Origin: Nitrospirota bacterium | GTDB lineage: Bacteria > Nitrospirota > UBA9217 | Direction: 5' to 3' | Length of the DNA stretch: 64,000 nucleotides | NCBI GenBank assembly: GCA_963663225.1 | Contig: OY760142.1 | Span: 672,001-736,000 of the forward strand | Part shown: piece after piece, positions 1 to 10,216 of the stretch | Numbering within the stretch: the stretch's first letter is position 1 | How the letters are laid out: each line of letters begins with the position of its first letter | Position numbers and translations under genes: made by a program | Notes under the pieces: generated by a model | The model's database searches: none | The model's input: only the letters and a program-made list of their open reading frames with translations | Told to the model about the DNA's origin: nothing

Positions 1-88
1 GAATCTCTTGAAGCTCAAAACCATAAAAACCATCGACATGCTTCCGGCAATCGTGTTGATAGTTCTGTACGGAATAGGGGTGGGATAG
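1..88 (+). CDS. 3' end of a probable DUF554-like membrane protein (partial)
   Basis: Frame from nt 2 reads NLLKLKTIKTIDMLPAIVLIVLYGIGVG*, resembling the DUF554 C-terminus (NLL..KKIKVANLLPAL). Not in the ORF track. Confidence 0.5.
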   Translation, partial: NLLKLKTIKTIDMLPAIVLIVLYGIGVG

Positions 89-133
89 CAGGCAGACTAT
101 TCCAAACGAAGATATAACTACGAGGAGGAGCAT

Positions 134-1120
<987 letters not shown>

Positions 1121-1334
1121 TATTCGGCATAGGATGATGACAATACTCTTCTTGAAAAGAACCTGGGATCAATTCCCGGCATGAAATGTATTGCCGAAGT
1201 CAGCTTTCTGTGATAGTATTCATGTGCAACTAATATCTCATCTGCAACCAGCCGCTGATACAACAGGATACACCAGCAAATCTTTCTTGTGAGCGTTCCG
1301 GAAACACGCTTTCAGGAACGCTTGGAGTGTACGC

Positions 1335-4300
1335 ATGCCCTGGCTGCTCCCTTCTGTGATTGCCGCGTTCGTCGGCACCTTCGTTCTAACCATTGTTTAT
1401 TTTTATCTCTACACGCAGGATCGTCAGAAATTCCTCTTGATCTGGACCATCGGCTGGTTCATTTATCTCCTTCGCTATGGATTCATGCTGGTTATGACTC
1501 TGGCGGATGAAGCACTGTTCCTCAACGCAACATATCATCTGATGGCCCTGGCAAGCGGAGTACTGCTTCTCTGGGGAACTTCGCTTTTTATCGGCAAGCC
1601 CTTCAGCAAAACATGGCCGGCAGGGGCCGCTGTGATCGGTGCATGGACCGTGTTGTCCATTATACAAAACGCTCCATCCCTCATGGTGACGCTGCCTGAT
1701 TTTTTCTTCCTCGGCGCACTCTATATATGGAACGGGATACTATTATTACGCACGTACAAGAATCCTGAAGGAAAAGTCGTCGGTGGGACGTTTATTGTTT
1801 GGGGCCTGCATAAAATGGACTACCCGTTCATCCAGCCGGTCACTCAGCTTGCCCCTTGGGGATATCTGCTCTCGGCGATCATTGAACTGTCGGTGGCCAT
1901 CGGCATTCTGGTCGTTTATTTCAAAAAAATGAAGCAGCAGGTGGCTGAAGAGGAAGAACGGTTTAAATCGCTTTTTGAGAACAATTATATCGTCTCGATG
2001 ATTGTTGATCCGGAAAACGGACGCATTGTGGAAGCGAATGCTGCGGCATCAAAATTTTATGGATGGTCCCGCGAGCACTTAACGTCCATGAAAATTACTG
2101 ATATCAATACGCTGTCACCGGATGGAGTCCATGCAGAGCTGAAGGCGGCCAAAAACCACCAACAAAATCGCTTTTTGTTCAAACATCGCAGGGCTGACGG
2201 ATCTATCAGAGACGTTGAAGTTCACAGTGGTCCGATACAGATCCAAGGGAGGACAATCCTGCATTCAACCATCCATGACATCACCGACAGAAAGCGCATC
2301 GAAGACTCGCTCCGGCTGAATGAATTCCGTCTGGCCAGCCTTCTGGAATTGTCGGAAATGTCGGAAAAACCCGAGAAAGAGCTGACCAACTTCGCCTTGG
2401 AGAGGGCCATTGTCCTGACCAAAAGCATGATCGGCTATCTGGCTTTTCTGAACGCTGACGAAACGGTGCTTACAATGTATTCCTGGTCCCGTGTTGCAAT
2501 GCAGGACTGCCGCCTTCTTACGAAACCGATCGACTATCCGCTGACGACCTGCGGACTGTGGGGAGAAGCGGTGCGCCGGAGAAAAGCAGTCATCACAAAC
2601 GATTATCAGGCCCCGAATCCATCGAAAAAAGGGTATCCCGACGGCCATATTCAGATCAGACGCCACATGAACATTCCGCTCTTTGACGGGGACCGAATTG
2701 TTCTCGTCGCGGGCGTCGGCAATAAAGAAGATCCGTATGAAGAAGATGATGTCAAGCAGCTTACGCTGATGATGGACGGGATGTGGAAAATCCTGAAATC
2801 AAACCGGGCAGAGAAAGCGCTCTATGAAAGTGAAGAACGGTTTAAACGCCTCGTCCAAAACACCAGCGATTTAATAACGGTGCTGAACGAACGCGGCATA
2901 CAGATGTCTGTCAGCGGCCCCCTTGAAAAAATACTGGGATATGCGGAGAATGAACTGGTCGGTACCAGCTGTTTCGATCTGATCCACCCCGACAACCTGG
3001 ACTTCACCGTAAAAACGTTCGCCGAAATTGTCATGCAGCCAAGTGCCTCCCGCAGGCTTGAATTCCGCTGCCGTCATAAGAACGGAACCTGGGTGGCCAT
3101 GGAAGCCGTCGCGACCAACCTGCTTTACGACCCGATTGTAAAAGGAATCGTTGTAAACCTCCGGGATATTTCAGAACGAAACAAGTTCCAGGAGCAGCTT
3201 CAGCAGGCGATGAAAATGGAGGCGGTCGGACGGCTGGCTGGCGGGGTCGCGCACGATTTCAATAACCTGCTTACCGCCATCACGGGAAACATCGACCTGG
3301 CCAGGAGAGGACTCCCCGAATTCTGCAGCCTCTCCCCGTATTTGAACGAGGTGAACAAGGCCGCGGACAGCGCCGCTTCATTGACCCACCAGCTGCTTGC
3401 GTTTTCTCGCAAACAGATCATCGAGCCGAAAGTAATAAACTTGAACGCCCTAGTGAAAAATATCGAACAGATACTAGCCAGGATCCTGGGAGAGGACATT
3501 GAACTCCTGACGATTCCGGCCCCGGACCTGGGTTCGGTCAAAGTCGACCCCGGGCAATTTGAACAGGTGCTGATGAACCTTGCAGTCAATGCCCGGGATG
3601 CAATGCCGCACGGAGGCAAGCTCATCATTGAATCGTCCGACATCGTTCTGGATGAAAAATACTGTGCGGTCCATCCACAGGTAACGCCCGGCAAGTTTGT
3701 TCTACTTGTCGTAAGCGATACAGGGCAAGGGATGAATGAAGAAGTAAAAAAACGCCTCTTCGAACCGTTCTTCACCACAAAAGCCCTGGGACAGGGAACC
3801 GGCCTGGGCCTGGCGACCATTCTCGGCGTAATTGAACAGGCAGGCGGCAGCATCGAAGTATATTCGGAAATCGGCAAAGGGACAACGTTCAAAATCTATC
3901 TGCCGCACACCGGAGATGCTCCTGAAAAACCCGCTTCCGGCGTCTCGTCTCCGGACCTGCCCGCGGGAAGCGAAACGATTCTTGTCGTGGAAGATGATGC
4001 GGGCGTTCGTAAAGTCGCGCTGATGATTCTGGATGAGCTGGGGTACCGGCTGTTGCACGCATCCGACGGGCCTGAAGCCATCAGGCTGGCGGAAAGCCAT
4101 GCCGGACAGATTCACCTCTTAATGACTGATGTTGTCATGCCGGGAATGAACGGACGGGAGCTTTCAACGCGGCTGCTTAAGGACCGTCCGGATATGAAAG
4201 TGTTATTCACCTCCGGGTATACCGAAGATGTGATTGTACATCACGGTGTGATCGAAGCAGATCTGAATTTTATCAGTAAGCCCTATCATCCTCGGGCTCT

Positions 4301-4364
4301 GGCCAGAAAAATACGGAACGTATTGGATGCAAAAACAACGGGGTCGAATTCATCGCCGACATAA
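1335..4364 (+). CDS. Membrane-bound hybrid sensor kinase (multi-TM sensor, PAS, GAF, PAS, HisKA, HATPase, REC)
   Basis: Hydrophobic N-terminus; H-box AHDFNNLL; NARDAM; FEPFFTTK; GTGLGL; C-terminal REC with TDVVMP. Confidence 0.93.
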   Translation: MPWLLPSVIAAFVGTFVLTIVYFYLYTQDRQKFLLIWTIGWFIYLLRYGFMLVMTLADEALFLNATYHLMALASGVLLLWGTSLFIGKPFSKTWPAGAAVIGAWTVLSIIQNAPSLMVTLPDFFFLGALYIWNGILLLRTYKNPEGKVVGGTFIVWGLHKMDYPFIQPVTQLAPWGYLLSAIIELSVAIGILVVYFKKMKQQVAEEEERFKSLFENNYIVSMIVDPENGRIVEANAAASKFYGWSREHLTSMKITDINTLSPDGVHAELKAAKNHQQNRFLFKHRRADGSIRDVEVHSGPIQIQGRTILHSTIHDITDRKRIEDSLRLNEFRLASLLELSEMSEKPEKELTNFALERAIVLTKSMIGYLAFLNADETVLTMYSWSRVAMQDCRLLTKPIDYPLTTCGLWGEAVRRRKAVITNDYQAPNPSKKGYPDGHIQIRRHMNIPLFDGDRIVLVAGVGNKEDPYEEDDVKQLTLMMDGMWKILKSNRAEKALYESEERFKRLVQNTSDLITVLNERGIQMSVSGPLEKILGYAENELVGTSCFDLIHPDNLDFTVKTFAEIVMQPSASRRLEFRCRHKNGTWVAMEAVATNLLYDPIVKGIVVNLRDISERNKFQEQLQQAMKMEAVGRLAGGVAHDFNNLLTAITGNIDLARRGLPEFCSLSPYLNEVNKAADSAASLTHQLLAFSRKQIIEPKVINLNALVKNIEQILARILGEDIELLTIPAPDLGSVKVDPGQFEQVLMNLAVNARDAMPHGGKLIIESSDIVLDEKYCAVHPQVTPGKFVLLVVSDTGQGMNEEVKKRLFEPFFTTKALGQGTGLGLATILGVIEQAGGSIEVYSEIGKGTTFKIYLPHTGDAPEKPASGVSSPDLPAGSETILVVEDDAGVRKVALMILDELGYRLLHASDGPEAIRLAESHAGQIHLLMTDVVMPGMNGRELSTRLLKDRPDMKVLFTSGYTEDVIVHHGVIEADLNFISKPYHPRALARKIRNVLDAKTTGSNSSPT

Positions 4365-4549
4365 TGGACCCGGGAAGCATGTATTCACGGCATCGACGAT
4401 TCAAACAAATGTAATTTGCCTCCCGCTCATATGCTCATATTGATGACATATTCTCTGCTTATGGTTTTCCAGACTCCTTGCTAATTACAATTACTCTCGT
4501 CCAAAATCCCGGGTATTTCATCTAAGCGCTGTATTTAATAGATAAAATC

Positions 4550-4558
4550 TGGTATACT
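4550..4558 (+). promoter_or_regulatory. Extended -10 promoter (TG-G-TATACT) for the E1 operon
   Basis: TGGTATACT about 170 nt upstream of ATG 4726. Confidence 0.5.
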
Positions 4559-4725
4559 TTCTTTCTACAGCGGACAGCTGGAATGAAAGGCCGAACGGAA
4601 TACTTTCCTGCGATTGTTGCTGCGGACGAAAGCGATAGCATCGCCAGGTGAAGGAAAAAGAAAAATCACGATAATTTTACTAAACGGAGAGCAAAAAGTA
4701 TTTACCAAATTAAGGGAGCAGCTAT

Positions 4726-5721
4726 ATGAGCATAGAACAATATGGAAAGAAAATAGCGCTGCATTTTTATCGGGAAATGAACAAAATCCGATTTTTTGAG
4801 CTGAGCGCGGCGGAGCTGTTCAAGCAAGGATTGTTATCAGGCAATATCCACACCTATGCCGGACAGGAGGCCGTTGCCGTGGGTGCCTGCCAGGCGCTAA
4901 AGCCGACTGACTACATAGCATCCACTCACCGCGGACACGGACATTGTCTGGCAAAAGGAGGCAATCCGGGCAGCATGATGGCGGAGATATTCGGCAAGGC
5001 CACGGGATACTGTAAAGGCAAAGGCGGGTCCATGCACATTGCCGCGGTCAATCTCGGGATTCTGGGCGCCAACGGCATTGTCGGCGCGGGAATTTCCCTC
5101 GCCGCCGGTTCGGCCCTGGCCTCCAAAGCTATGGGTACGGACGAGGTATCTCTTGCTTTTTTTGGCGACGCAGCATCGAACCAGGGCAGTTTTCATGAAG
5201 CGGTCAATATGGCCGCTGTCTGGAAGCTCCCGTGCATTTTTTTATGTGAGAACAATAAATACGGCGTCTCGGTGTCCATCAACCGCGTCTGCAGCGTTGA
5301 AAATATTTCTGACCGTGCAAAGGCATACAATATCCCCGGTGTAATCGTCGACGGGAACAGTGTCTTTGCCGTGTATGAAGCCGTCAGAGCCGCGGCAGAC
5401 CAGGCACGAAAAGGGGGAGGGCCGACCCTGATCGAGTGTGAAACCTACCGGCACCGGGGACATTACGAGGGCGATCCCCAGGCGTACAAATCATCGGAGG
5501 AAATGGAGAAATGGAAGCTGCGGGACCCGATCCTGCTGCTGAAAACCGATATCCTGCAGCAGAGCATCGCCACTCCGGCAGAACTGGATGCTGTTGCTGC
5601 AGAAGTGAAAGCGGAAATTGAGGCGGCCGTGGAATTTGCAAAGCAATCTCCCTATCCGTCAATTGATCAGGCGACAACCGATGTCTATGCGACGGACAAT
5701 GAAAGGAGCGTTGCGAAATGA
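4726..5721 (+). CDS. TPP-dependent 2-oxoacid/acetoin dehydrogenase E1 alpha subunit
   Basis: GQEA, STHRGHGH, GKGGSMH, TPP motif GDAASNQG...ENN, TYRHRGH. Confidence 0.92.
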   Translation: MSIEQYGKKIALHFYREMNKIRFFELSAAELFKQGLLSGNIHTYAGQEAVAVGACQALKPTDYIASTHRGHGHCLAKGGNPGSMMAEIFGKATGYCKGKGGSMHIAAVNLGILGANGIVGAGISLAAGSALASKAMGTDEVSLAFFGDAASNQGSFHEAVNMAAVWKLPCIFLCENNKYGVSVSINRVCSVENISDRAKAYNIPGVIVDGNSVFAVYEAVRAAADQARKGGGPTLIECETYRHRGHYEGDPQAYKSSEEMEKWKLRDPILLLKTDILQQSIATPAELDAVAAEVKAEIEAAVEFAKQSPYPSIDQATTDVYATDNERSVAK

Positions 5722-6695
5722 GAACAATCACGTACGGGCAGGCCATCAGCGAGGCCCTGCATGAGGAAATGCTCCGCGATAAAGCGGTGATAATACTGGG
5801 TGAAGACGTGGGTGTCATGGGCAACGTTTTCGGAATTACCAAGGGTTTTATTGAAGAGTTCGGCGCCCAGCGAATGATCGACACGCCCATCTCTGAAGCG
5901 GGCTTTACCGGCATGGCTGTGGGCGCGGCAATGCGGGGACTGCGCCCGGTGGTGGAACTGATGTATGTCGATTTTTCAGCTGTATGCATGGACCCCATCG
6001 TGAACCAGGCGGCTAAAATGCGCTATATGACCGGCGGTCAGGTAAAGATACCCATGGTTGTCCGTGCTCCCGGCGGTGCAGGGCGCAGAAATGCGGCCCA
6101 GCATTCCCAAAGTCTGGAAGGTATTTTCACCCAGTTCCCCGGCCTGAAAGTAGTTACCCCAAGCACTCCCTACGATGCGAAAGGACTTTTAAAAGCAGCA
6201 ATTCGCGATGACGATCCTGTTGTCTTCCTGGAGCACAAGATGCTCTATCGTCAGCAGGGAGAAGTGCCCGCCGAAGAATACGTCATTCCACTTGGAAAAG
6301 CAGATGTCAAAAAAACCGGGGGAGACGTCACGATCATCACTTATTCACGCCAGGTGTCGTTTGCCCTGGAGGCGGCAAAGAAGCTCGCGAATGAGTGGGA
6401 CATTGATGCAGAAGTTGTTGATATCAGGACGCTGGTTCCCCTGGATTGGGAAACGATAGCTGCTTCAATCAAGAAGACGCGTAGAGCGGTCGTGGTGCAG
6501 GAGGCCGTCCAGCGGGGCGGGTATGCGGCGGAAATTATGGCGCAGATCATGGAGCATGCTTTTGATGATCTGGATGCGCCGGTAAAACGGGTCACCGGTC
6601 TGAATACCGTCATTCCCTTCAGCCCGGCGCTCGAAGATCATGTGTATCCCCAGCCAAACGATATCATCGCTGCTGTGAAAGCCATGCTTAGATAG
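5718..6695 (+). CDS. 2-oxoacid/acetoin dehydrogenase E1 beta subunit
   Basis: GEDVG, DTPISE, GLRPVVE, AQHSQ, DPVVFLEHK; ATGA overlap with the alpha gene. Confidence 0.92.
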   Translation: MRTITYGQAISEALHEEMLRDKAVIILGEDVGVMGNVFGITKGFIEEFGAQRMIDTPISEAGFTGMAVGAAMRGLRPVVELMYVDFSAVCMDPIVNQAAKMRYMTGGQVKIPMVVRAPGGAGRRNAAQHSQSLEGIFTQFPGLKVVTPSTPYDAKGLLKAAIRDDDPVVFLEHKMLYRQQGEVPAEEYVIPLGKADVKKTGGDVTIITYSRQVSFALEAAKKLANEWDIDAEVVDIRTLVPLDWETIAASIKKTRRAVVVQEAVQRGGYAAEIMAQIMEHAFDDLDAPVKRVTGLNTVIPFSPALEDHVYPQPNDIIAAVKAMLR

Positions 6696-6725
6696 CTCGA
6701 GTTGATACAGTTCAGGAACAATAAT

Positions 6726-6758
6726 AAAAGGCGCTGTCTGCAGAAGGCAGCGCCTTTT
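6726..6758. terminator. Bidirectional intrinsic terminator
   Basis: AAAAGGCGCTGTCT...AGGCAGCGCCTTTT between the convergent E1 beta and apt genes. Confidence 0.85.
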
Positions 6759-6779
6759 ATATTCGCCACCGTTGTTCTG

Positions 6780-7313
6780 TTATTCTCCTTCAAATTCCGT
6801 CAGAGCAAACACGTTATATCCCTTGTCCAATATCTTCTTCTTTCCGCCGACATCCGGAAGGTCGACAACAAACGCCATCTCCACGACAATGCCGCCCAGC
6901 TTTTCGACAAGCGCCGCCGCGGCCAGCGCAGTGCCGCCGGTAGCAAGAAGATCATCAACCACGATTACCCGTTCGCCTTTTTTCAAGGCATCTTTATGGA
7001 TTTCAATTCTGTCCGTACCGTACTCAAGATCGTATTCCTGCACCACAACCTCAGCCGGGAGCTTGCCTTTCTTCCGGATGGGAATGAACCCTTTTCCCAG
7101 GGTGTACGCAAGCGCTGAACCGATTATAAAACCCCGCGATTCGATTCCCACAATGGTGTCAAAGTTGAAATCCACATTGATGTATCGCTGGGTCAGGTTG
7201 TCGATGACCAGACGGAAACCTACAGGGTCTTTGATAAGTGTCGTTATATCGCGAAACATGATGCCCTTTTTGGGATAATTCGGAATGGTCCTGATTTTCG
7301 ATTTAATAGTCAT
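6780..7313 (-). CDS. apt: Adenine phosphoribosyltransferase
   Basis: FRDIT, ESRGF, RKKGKLP, LEYG and PRPP motif VVDDLLATGGT. Confidence 0.97.
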   Translation of the reverse strand: MTIKSKIRTIPNYPKKGIMFRDITTLIKDPVGFRLVIDNLTQRYINVDFNFDTIVGIESRGFIIGSALAYTLGKGFIPIRKKGKLPAEVVVQEYDLEYGTDRIEIHKDALKKGERVIVVDDLLATGGTALAAAALVEKLGGIVVEMAFVVDLPDVGGKKKILDKGYNVFALTEFEGE

Positions 7314-7388
7314 CGTTGCCTCTCCTTATTTTTTTCGGTGGTAACTTGCACAAAACGCATCTGTTCATCCGGTATCGTGTTTCAAAAC

Positions 7389-7970
7389 TCAACAAGATCC
7401 GCGTTCCGCATTCCCGGTCTCCTCATACTGCTCCACCCCGATCCGGTAGAGGTCACCTCCATAGATATCATTCGCCACAATCGCCGGGAAATTATCGACT
7501 TCAAGCCGCATGATTGCTTCCGCACCCAAATCCTGGAAGAAGGCCACTTCCGCCTTTTTTATGGTCTTGGAAATAAGCGCGCCGGCGCCGCCGATGGCAG
7601 CAAAATAGACGGCCTTGTGCCGCTGAATGGCGTTCTTTACCTCCTGACTGCGAGGACCCTTGCCAATCATTCCCTTCAGCCCCTGTTCCAGCAGCGCAGG
7701 GGTATAGTTGTCCATGCTGTGGCTCGATGCGGGCCCCGCAGAGCCGATGAGGCTCCCCGGCGGTGTCGGCGTGGGACCAGTGTAATAAATGATCTGACCT
7801 TTCAGATCAAACGGCAGCTTCTCACCCTTTTTGCAGTGTTCCACCATGCGTTGATGAGCCCTGTCTCTGGCGGCATAAAGCACGCCGGTAATCATTACAC
7901 GGTCCCCGGCCCTGAGCTTTTCAATAACGTCGTCTGTCAGCGGCGGTTTTATTGTCATGGAATCAGTCAT
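7389..7970 (-). CDS. Fe-S hydro-lyase (class I fumarase/tartrate dehydratase) beta subunit
   Basis: ARDRAH, IYYTGP, MIGKG, GGAGAL, DLGAEA; likely start MTDSMT at 7970. Confidence 0.9.
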   Translation of the reverse strand: MTDSMTIKPPLTDDVIEKLRAGDRVMITGVLYAARDRAHQRMVEHCKKGEKLPFDLKGQIIYYTGPTPTPPGSLIGSAGPASSHSMDNYTPALLEQGLKGMIGKGPRSQEVKNAIQRHKAVYFAAIGGAGALISKTIKKAEVAFFQDLGAEAIMRLEVDNFPAIVANDIYGGDLYRIGVEQYEETGNAERGSC

Positions 7971-8026
7971 TTGGCCACCCACCTGAAGCTGCTCCTGAAA
8001 AAAGTACGAGTCCGGCTTAAGCGCTT

Positions 8027-8866
8027 TTATAATATGATCGTTTTGTGTCTTGCTGCATGACAATTAATATTCACGGCCACCGGCAGACTGGCCATATGAC
8101 ACGGGAAGCTTTCCACGTGAATTGCCAGTGCGGTCACTTTGCCGCCGAGTCCTTCCGGGCCGATTCCTGTTTTGTTCACCGCTTTCAGCAGCAGCTCTTC
8201 CAGCGAAGACAGCTCCAGTTTCGCATTGGGGCTCCCGACCGGCCTAAGCAGCGCTTTTTTAGCGAGAAGAGCCGCTTTTTCGAAATCTCCGCCGATTCCC
8301 ACTCCGACAACAACCGGCGGACAGGGATTGGCGCCTGCCTTCCGTACGCATTCGAGCACGAAGTTTTTGACGCCGTCCACCCCTTCAGTGGGATTGAGCA
8401 TACGGATCACGCTCATGTTCTCGCTCCCTCCCCCTTTGGGCATAAACGATATTTTGAGCTTGTCGCCGGGCACCAGTTCCGTGTAAATAATGGCAGGAGT
8501 ATTGTCGCCGGTATTTTTCCGGCTGATCGGGTCCACCACGGATTTCCGGAGATGCCCCTCTCGATATCCCTTGCGGACGCCTTCATTAATTGCATCCACG
8601 ATAAAACCATTCTTGATTCTGAGGTCCTGGCCGATTTCGACAAAAAAAATGGCAATGCCCGTATCCTGGCAGAGGGGAATATGGTCCTCACGCGCAATGC
8701 GCGCATTCTCCTGCAGAAGCCCGATGATTTCCTTCGCCGTGGGAGCCGTTTCTATTTCAGCCGCCCGTTCCAGGGCCGTCAACACATCGTCGCTCAGAAT
8801 ATAGGCTGCTTCAATGCACATCTGAGCGACTATATCCCGTATTTCGTCAACATGAATTTCCCGCAT
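8027..8866 (-). CDS. Fe-S hydro-lyase (class I fumarase) alpha subunit
   Basis: PLCQDTG, NTGDNTP, PKGGGSEN, NPCPP, GLGG, NCHAARH. Confidence 0.92.
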   Translation of the reverse strand: MREIHVDEIRDIVAQMCIEAAYILSDDVLTALERAAEIETAPTAKEIIGLLQENARIAREDHIPLCQDTGIAIFFVEIGQDLRIKNGFIVDAINEGVRKGYREGHLRKSVVDPISRKNTGDNTPAIIYTELVPGDKLKISFMPKGGGSENMSVIRMLNPTEGVDGVKNFVLECVRKAGANPCPPVVVGVGIGGDFEKAALLAKKALLRPVGSPNAKLELSSLEELLLKAVNKTGIGPEGLGGKVTALAIHVESFPCHMASLPVAVNINCHAARHKTIIL

Positions 8867-8898
8867 CGTTTGTCCGCCGCATACTGTACGCGCAGGCG

Positions 8899-10176
8899 CT
8901 ACAGTTTCGTTATTTTGATCTTGGTTATTTTTCTTCCCTCAAGTTCGAGGACTTCAAGCTTCAGGTTTTTGTATTTGAGCAGTTCTCCGACTTTCGGCAT
9001 GCGGCCGAACAAACCAAACAGAAATCCGCCGAGGGTGTTGAATTCCTTCGATTGAAGGTTGGACCCGATTAGTTCATTCACTTCATCGAGCGCTGATTGG
9101 CCGGAAACCACCAGGTTCTTCTCATCCACGATCTGGACGTCTTTTTCCTCCGCTTCCAGTTCATCGTGAATGTTCCCGACAATTTCTTCGATAAGATCTT
9201 CCAGCGTAACGAGTCCTGATGTACCCCCGTACTCGTCGATAACAATGGCAATCTGGAACCGGTCCCGCTGCATCTCGGCAAGAAGCTCGCTGACCCGCTT
9301 GTTTTCCGGAATAAAATACGCCGGCCTGATAAACTGCCGGATGCCGGCTTCTCGGTTGACATCTCGGGTTGACATGGCAACGAGAATGTCCTTAATGTAC
9401 AGAATGCCGATCACCGTGTCTATCGTTTCTTCAATGACCGGGTAGCGGGAGTATCCGAACTCCGCAACAAGGGAAAAGACCTCCCGCAGTGTCGCATTTG
9501 CGGGCACGCTTATAATTTCAGTCCGCGGCCGCATCGCCTGCGATGCAAGCGTGTCGCCGAATTCAAAAACTTTGTGGAGTAGCTCCTTTTCCTCTTCCTT
9601 GAGGGAACCGCGCTCCTCGCCGAGGTTGATCATGTTTTTGATGTCTTCCTCGGTGACTACGGCGGCGCAGGACGTTCCCTCCGGACCAGGCCCCACCATC
9701 AAATCCGCTGTCTTCGTCAGAAATCTGGACACCGGTGACAGCAGGCGCACAACCGGCCGCAAAAAGGGAGCGGCCAGCAGCGCGAAACGGTCGGGATTTC
9801 TGCAGGCAACGCTCTTCGGGGCAAGTTTGGCAAAAAAAACAATGAGCAGCGTCATGAAAAACGCCGCGAGCCCTGCAGCAGGATACAGCCACGTCAGCAG
9901 ATTCATGGCGATAACCGCGCCGAGAACCGCCGCAAGGACAATGAAAAAATTTTCTGCCAGCAACAGGGTGGAATGAAGAATATCGGATTCCTGCAGCAGG
10001 AGAAGCGCTGCTGCTGCCTTGGTATCTCCGGATTCCGCCATCTGCTGTAAGCGGGATTTGCTTAAAAAAACCACCGCGGTTTCCGAAGCCGCAAACAGTG
10101 CTGCAAAAACGACACTGAGACATGCGATGGCCAGCGGAAGCCAGAAATGGAGTATCACGGTCGTATTCGTATCCAT
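8899..10176 (-). CDS. CNNM/DUF21-CBS-CorC (hemolysin-family) membrane protein
   Basis: N-terminal TM helices with ASETA; YSRYPV; IDEYGG; TLEDLIEEIVG; TLGG CorC domain. Confidence 0.92.
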   Translation of the reverse strand: MDTNTTVILHFWLPLAIACLSVVFAALFAASETAVVFLSKSRLQQMAESGDTKAAAALLLLQESDILHSTLLLAENFFIVLAAVLGAVIAMNLLTWLYPAAGLAAFFMTLLIVFFAKLAPKSVACRNPDRFALLAAPFLRPVVRLLSPVSRFLTKTADLMVGPGPEGTSCAAVVTEEDIKNMINLGEERGSLKEEEKELLHKVFEFGDTLASQAMRPRTEIISVPANATLREVFSLVAEFGYSRYPVIEETIDTVIGILYIKDILVAMSTRDVNREAGIRQFIRPAYFIPENKRVSELLAEMQRDRFQIAIVIDEYGGTSGLVTLEDLIEEIVGNIHDELEAEEKDVQIVDEKNLVVSGQSALDEVNELIGSNLQSKEFNTLGGFLFGLFGRMPKVGELLKYKNLKLEVLELEGRKITKIKITKL

Positions 10177-10216
10177 AGTACGGTTCTACAAACAGATTGC
10201 TGACTGAAGTACGAGA

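Noticed and set aside
8045-9055. Long antisense ORFs (also 10970-11824, 28721-29590, 31797-33005, 43512-44351)
   Set aside because: Shadow frames opposite well-supported genes, with no motifs.
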